From: a virus
Taxonomy: Duplodnaviria > Caudoviricetes
IMG/VR virus record: IMGVR_UViG_3300005805_000397
Coordinates: 1-26,739 of that record
Length of the DNA: 26,739 nucleotides
Strand: one strand, 5' to 3'
Shown here: positions 24,801-26,739 of the stretch, in pieces
How positions within the stretch are numbered: the stretch's first letter is position 1
Layout of the letters: each line of letters starts with the position of its first letter
Program-made: the position numbers and the translations under genes
Notes under the pieces: generated by a model
The model's database searches: none
Seen by the model: only the letters and a program-made list of their open reading frames with translations
What the model was told of the DNA's origin: nothing

Positions 24801-26017
24801 CTTGATGAATCAGAATCAAAATATGTTGAACTTGTTAGCCTATCTTTAAAGTCAGAAAATGCATCACGCAATGTTGATGCTGTTTGTGTTACAGTTATTT
24901 TATTAACTGTTGTTGATATAGAAATTGATCCATCTTGACTTATTGATGGCATTGTTGACCACCTAGATCTAGTCCATGCAGAACCGTTCCAATATAAAAC
25001 TAAAACTCCAGCGTCTTCTCTTATACCGCCAGATTCTTTTGCTATGTTGGCTGCTAAGCTAATAGAGGTTGATCCATCAACAGTAATTAATGATCCATTT
25101 ATATAAATATTTATTGTGGGAGTTGCAACTAATGTATTAAATTTTAATACAAGTTTATTTGTTGTTATACCAGTTGATTCATATACTGCTGTTATAGATT
25201 TGTTTGATGTATCAGAAATAAAATATTTATATGGTGACATATCATTTACAAGAGCATGTTTATAGAATCCAGTTGGATCATATGATGGTATAAAGTTTGG
25301 AAGTCTTGATATTGAGGTAACTGGAGGAATATCATGCGCTACTGAAACTACCTCTCTAAAACTTGATGGAAATGAAAAAAGAGAACTACCAGTATTTACA
25401 TAAGATTCTCCTGGCCTAAAATTTGTAAATACAGATTCTGGAGGATATATAGAGTTAAACTTATAATCAAAAAAACTAACAGGGTAAACTTCTGGTACAG
25501 TAAATAAAATATCTATTGGCAAGTCATCTTCTGTCGTAAACCTATTTAATGCAATTTTATATGTAATGCTTGTTATATTATCTGCTGAAGATGCACCGCC
25601 AATATAAGTTTCTACCTTTTGCCAAGAATAAGAGTTAATTTCTGCATTAGATGAACCATACTGACTAAAAGATCCTGAAGCAGAAAAATTTGCCATAATA
25701 GGGTATGACTTATTTGTTTTTATAAAAGTAACTATCTTATATGCTGGACTAGTTGCAGTAGGTGTAATTGTATAGGTAATGGTTTGGTCATCATCTGTCA
25801 TTTCAAACTTTTTAGTTGTAAAGTTTGATTTTACATCTGAACCAGTAGCATCGCTAAGTGTTGTTGATGTTGTAACGTTTGTTTGTTTTGTTCCAGTACC
25901 AGCTAAAACTGTATAAGGAGGATTATAAATATTTTGATTCCACTCCGCAAATACCATCGGCTTAAGAAAAACAGAGTTGGAGTTTGAAAAAATACTTGAG
26001 CTAACATTTGTTAACAT
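21830..26017 (-). CDS. Large minor tail protein (tail-tip hub / central fibre-like), 1395 aa
   Basis: Hub-like segments (VAVQCFDITRYLQ; YIDEYNVMRF; C-terminal IDSNWIQS...FGNPLIQIGDRVEL...YIVTSV) with inserted beta-sandwich regions; follows the Dit-like gene. Confidence 0.78.
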   Translation of the reverse strand: MLTNVSSSIFSNSNSVFLKPMVFAEWNQNIYNPPYTVLAGTGTKQTNVTTSTTLSDATGSDVKSNFTTKKFEMTDDDQTITYTITPTATSPAYKIVTFIKTNKSYPIMANFSASGSFSQYGSSNAEINSYSWQKVETYIGGASSADNITSITYKIALNRFTTEDDLPIDILFTVPEVYPVSFFDYKFNSIYPPESVFTNFRPGESYVNTGSSLFSFPSSFREVVSVAHDIPPVTSISRLPNFIPSYDPTGFYKHALVNDMSPYKYFISDTSNKSITAVYESTGITTNKLVLKFNTLVATPTINIYINGSLITVDGSTSISLAANIAKESGGIREDAGVLVLYWNGSAWTRSRWSTMPSISQDGSISISTTVNKITVTQTASTLRDAFSDFKDRLTSSTYFDSDSSRMQVIEISPRIEINLSDYVLDLSVNKSMDSKSTPLPISSINSNDATINLSSIPLGNSSQPIPIFSNQSNYSGTALKNLLGKNVKFYLNYYLEDYHNSSNNSVVESNTLIPAGVFYSDAWSENDANQVAVQCFDITRYLQSAQVADYVSNKESVFTLITNMLDLSGFTDYDSYELTLACLNTNAPMDLAYFYVNSKDTTVIDALNQIFLPYQIVAYIDEYNVMRFSSLSQMLDAGSSDIVIDNSDVLEGGYSVVNKAKPGKISLRYQTPKIKQSPALQNLKLDEDSPSFIYTTSNEIVWSQQNADSVGMNYLANSMNESQNYFITDQNDLLDIFHTYNRDFQGYAAIENEIVSFAYKEYELSSDLIREDLEPTEPVKVSIKSTVELESEINKFNKQYQVGLRTSDGQTRPDSSTLVEPTGKITQVRRGLFGSKPSAHTVLDSGNAASKNITAKILYNDYETAVEDATYTTAYNNEFVPEVPSLSKVIFYPTTERSTVVTDSGTDYYHTYSAKIRLHETSDVSSGGVFFNFAVSPNVTPNTFFLELVKYNTYKLDGTTVNYPPVFNYALVLYRIAVNTTIGNDGPITTYDPEIIGYSNVTGVVKNIINNTEKVLEDDVVNNKVVYTVKSDPRYEYFNLRTSIYKSTGEDGESASITNLFSVFLNNYEIKGWQQYTEDGWIPFYPNTNTGLPKKLQYDDEFSTGAIFGAFISNDPIGIPGIPYITGFVATDPGSVREIYATHKPLKERSVNYYFQDREFLNGMVQGQNLFSSSKSYMMQTKPEVIGINTYDVQYTTPAAVLVSVWPVEYLLNYYPGNGPVEKKFMQTKTVEEHSLAYSSVINTGFRAKFAIANNSSHMVYLMKDSDESKQTTVRLNLWTHEIIANSDPEIIEKIIDPGNITETVQIDSNWIQSKEAATSLISVITNGIDYFSKDITLDIFGNPLIQIGDRVELTYPLAGINQQKYIVTSVSTDFSNGLSTRLGMTMIGSGVSY

Positions 26018-26739
26018 TAAATCTCCGTAAATTCTATATTCATATTAACATAGTCAGTTGTTCTTGTTCTTTTTATGATACTTTTATTAAAATTACTCAT
26101 AAATACATTGTATGTTTTTGATGTATTTTTAGCAGAAAGAAATGTTGAATCTGTGGGAACTGCTCCAGCAGATGGATCAGTCATTTTTGATTCAGTTATT
26201 TTTAAATATATAGGAACTCCAACATTAGCATTATAAAATGAAGTTAGCCATGCTGCACCCTTATTACCGTCAACCGTTGTTATTGATGGAAGTATTTCTA
26301 TAAGAGATGCCGATGGTGTAGTAAAGGTTATTGTTCCAGATACCTGTGACACTGCTTCTGGTGAAAAACTAACTACAGTATTTGCTTGATTAATACCTGT
26401 AACTATGGTATTATTATCAAAACCAGTTCCAGTTATTGTTTGAAAAGTTTTAATGTTTGGATTTGCTGTTGTAATAGTTACAGACTGTGAACCTTCTGCA
26501 CCACCAGAAGACCTTGTAGCAGTTGTTGTTGATCCAGGCGTTGTTGTTCCGTCTGGTGCTGATTTAGGATTAGATACTTGAAAATTATTAGTTGAAAAAT
26601 TTAAAACTTTTGCTGTTATATTGAGTCTGTCATCATTAAATCCAGAAACTCTTACGACTGAATCTGTTGTAAAATTATGGTCGGTAGACAAAACATAAAA
26701 TATGCTATTACCAGATACAATAGCTGAGGTTATTGAAAA
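26017..26739 (-). CDS. Distal-tail (Dit)-like minor tail protein with inserted beta domains (5' end off the window)
   Basis: The frame stays open to the window edge (FSITSAIVSGNSIFYVLSTDHNF...), so the track start at 26691 is probably not the real start. C-terminus TVDGNKGAAWLTSFY...YNVFMSNFNKSIIKR...VNMNIEFTEI resembles tube/Dit-fold proteins. Confidence 0.6.
   Translation of the reverse strand, partial: FSITSAIVSGNSIFYVLSTDHNFTTDSVVRVSGFNDDRLNITAKVLNFSTNNFQVSNPKSAPDGTTTPGSTTTATRSSGGAEGSQSVTITTANPNIKTFQTITGTGFDNNTIVTGINQANTVVSFSPEAVSQVSGTITFTTPSASLIEILPSITTVDGNKGAAWLTSFYNANVGVPIYLKITESKMTDPSAGAVPTDSTFLSAKNTSKTYNVFMSNFNKSIIKRTRTTDYVNMNIEFTEI

Noticed and set aside
1-26739. tRNA, rRNA, integrase/att site, or stop-codon reassignment
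   Set aside because: Intergenic gaps are too short for RNA genes, no integrase was seen, and long genes read through intact in the standard code with TAA, TAG and TGA all used as stops.

Overview
A 26.7-kb AT-rich segment of a tailed dsDNA bacteriophage (Caudoviricetes). Gene content and order resemble large actinobacterial siphoviruses and uncultured freshwater actinophages (inference; no search run). All credible genes are on the minus strand and are tightly packed or overlapping. In transcription order (right to left): tail-tip module (Dit-like protein, 1395-aa tail protein, H-type-lectin-like protein, FN3-bearing fibre, Cys-rich adhesin-like protein); a separately promoted cassette of small genes ending in a 2OG-Fe(II) oxygenase; replication and recombination genes (MerR-like HTH, DnaB, primase, SSB, DnaE, MazG-like, RecA, Hjc-like nuclease, Cas4-like exonuclease, RuvC); packaging genes (DUF3310, TerS, TerL); and a truncated secreted Ig-like/S-layer-like protein. 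The most striking feature is the 752-aa adhesin-like protein at 16677..18935. Its insert has a mirror-symmetric nested ('matryoshka') layout: six 4-Cys outbound modules (4 type A, 2 type B), a 6-Cys knob, then six return strands in reverse order (2 type b, 4 type a), with matching linker-length changes on both arms. This suggests a telescoping stalk-and-knob receptor-binding arm. No tRNA, rRNA, CRISPR array, integrase or reverse transcriptase was recognised.
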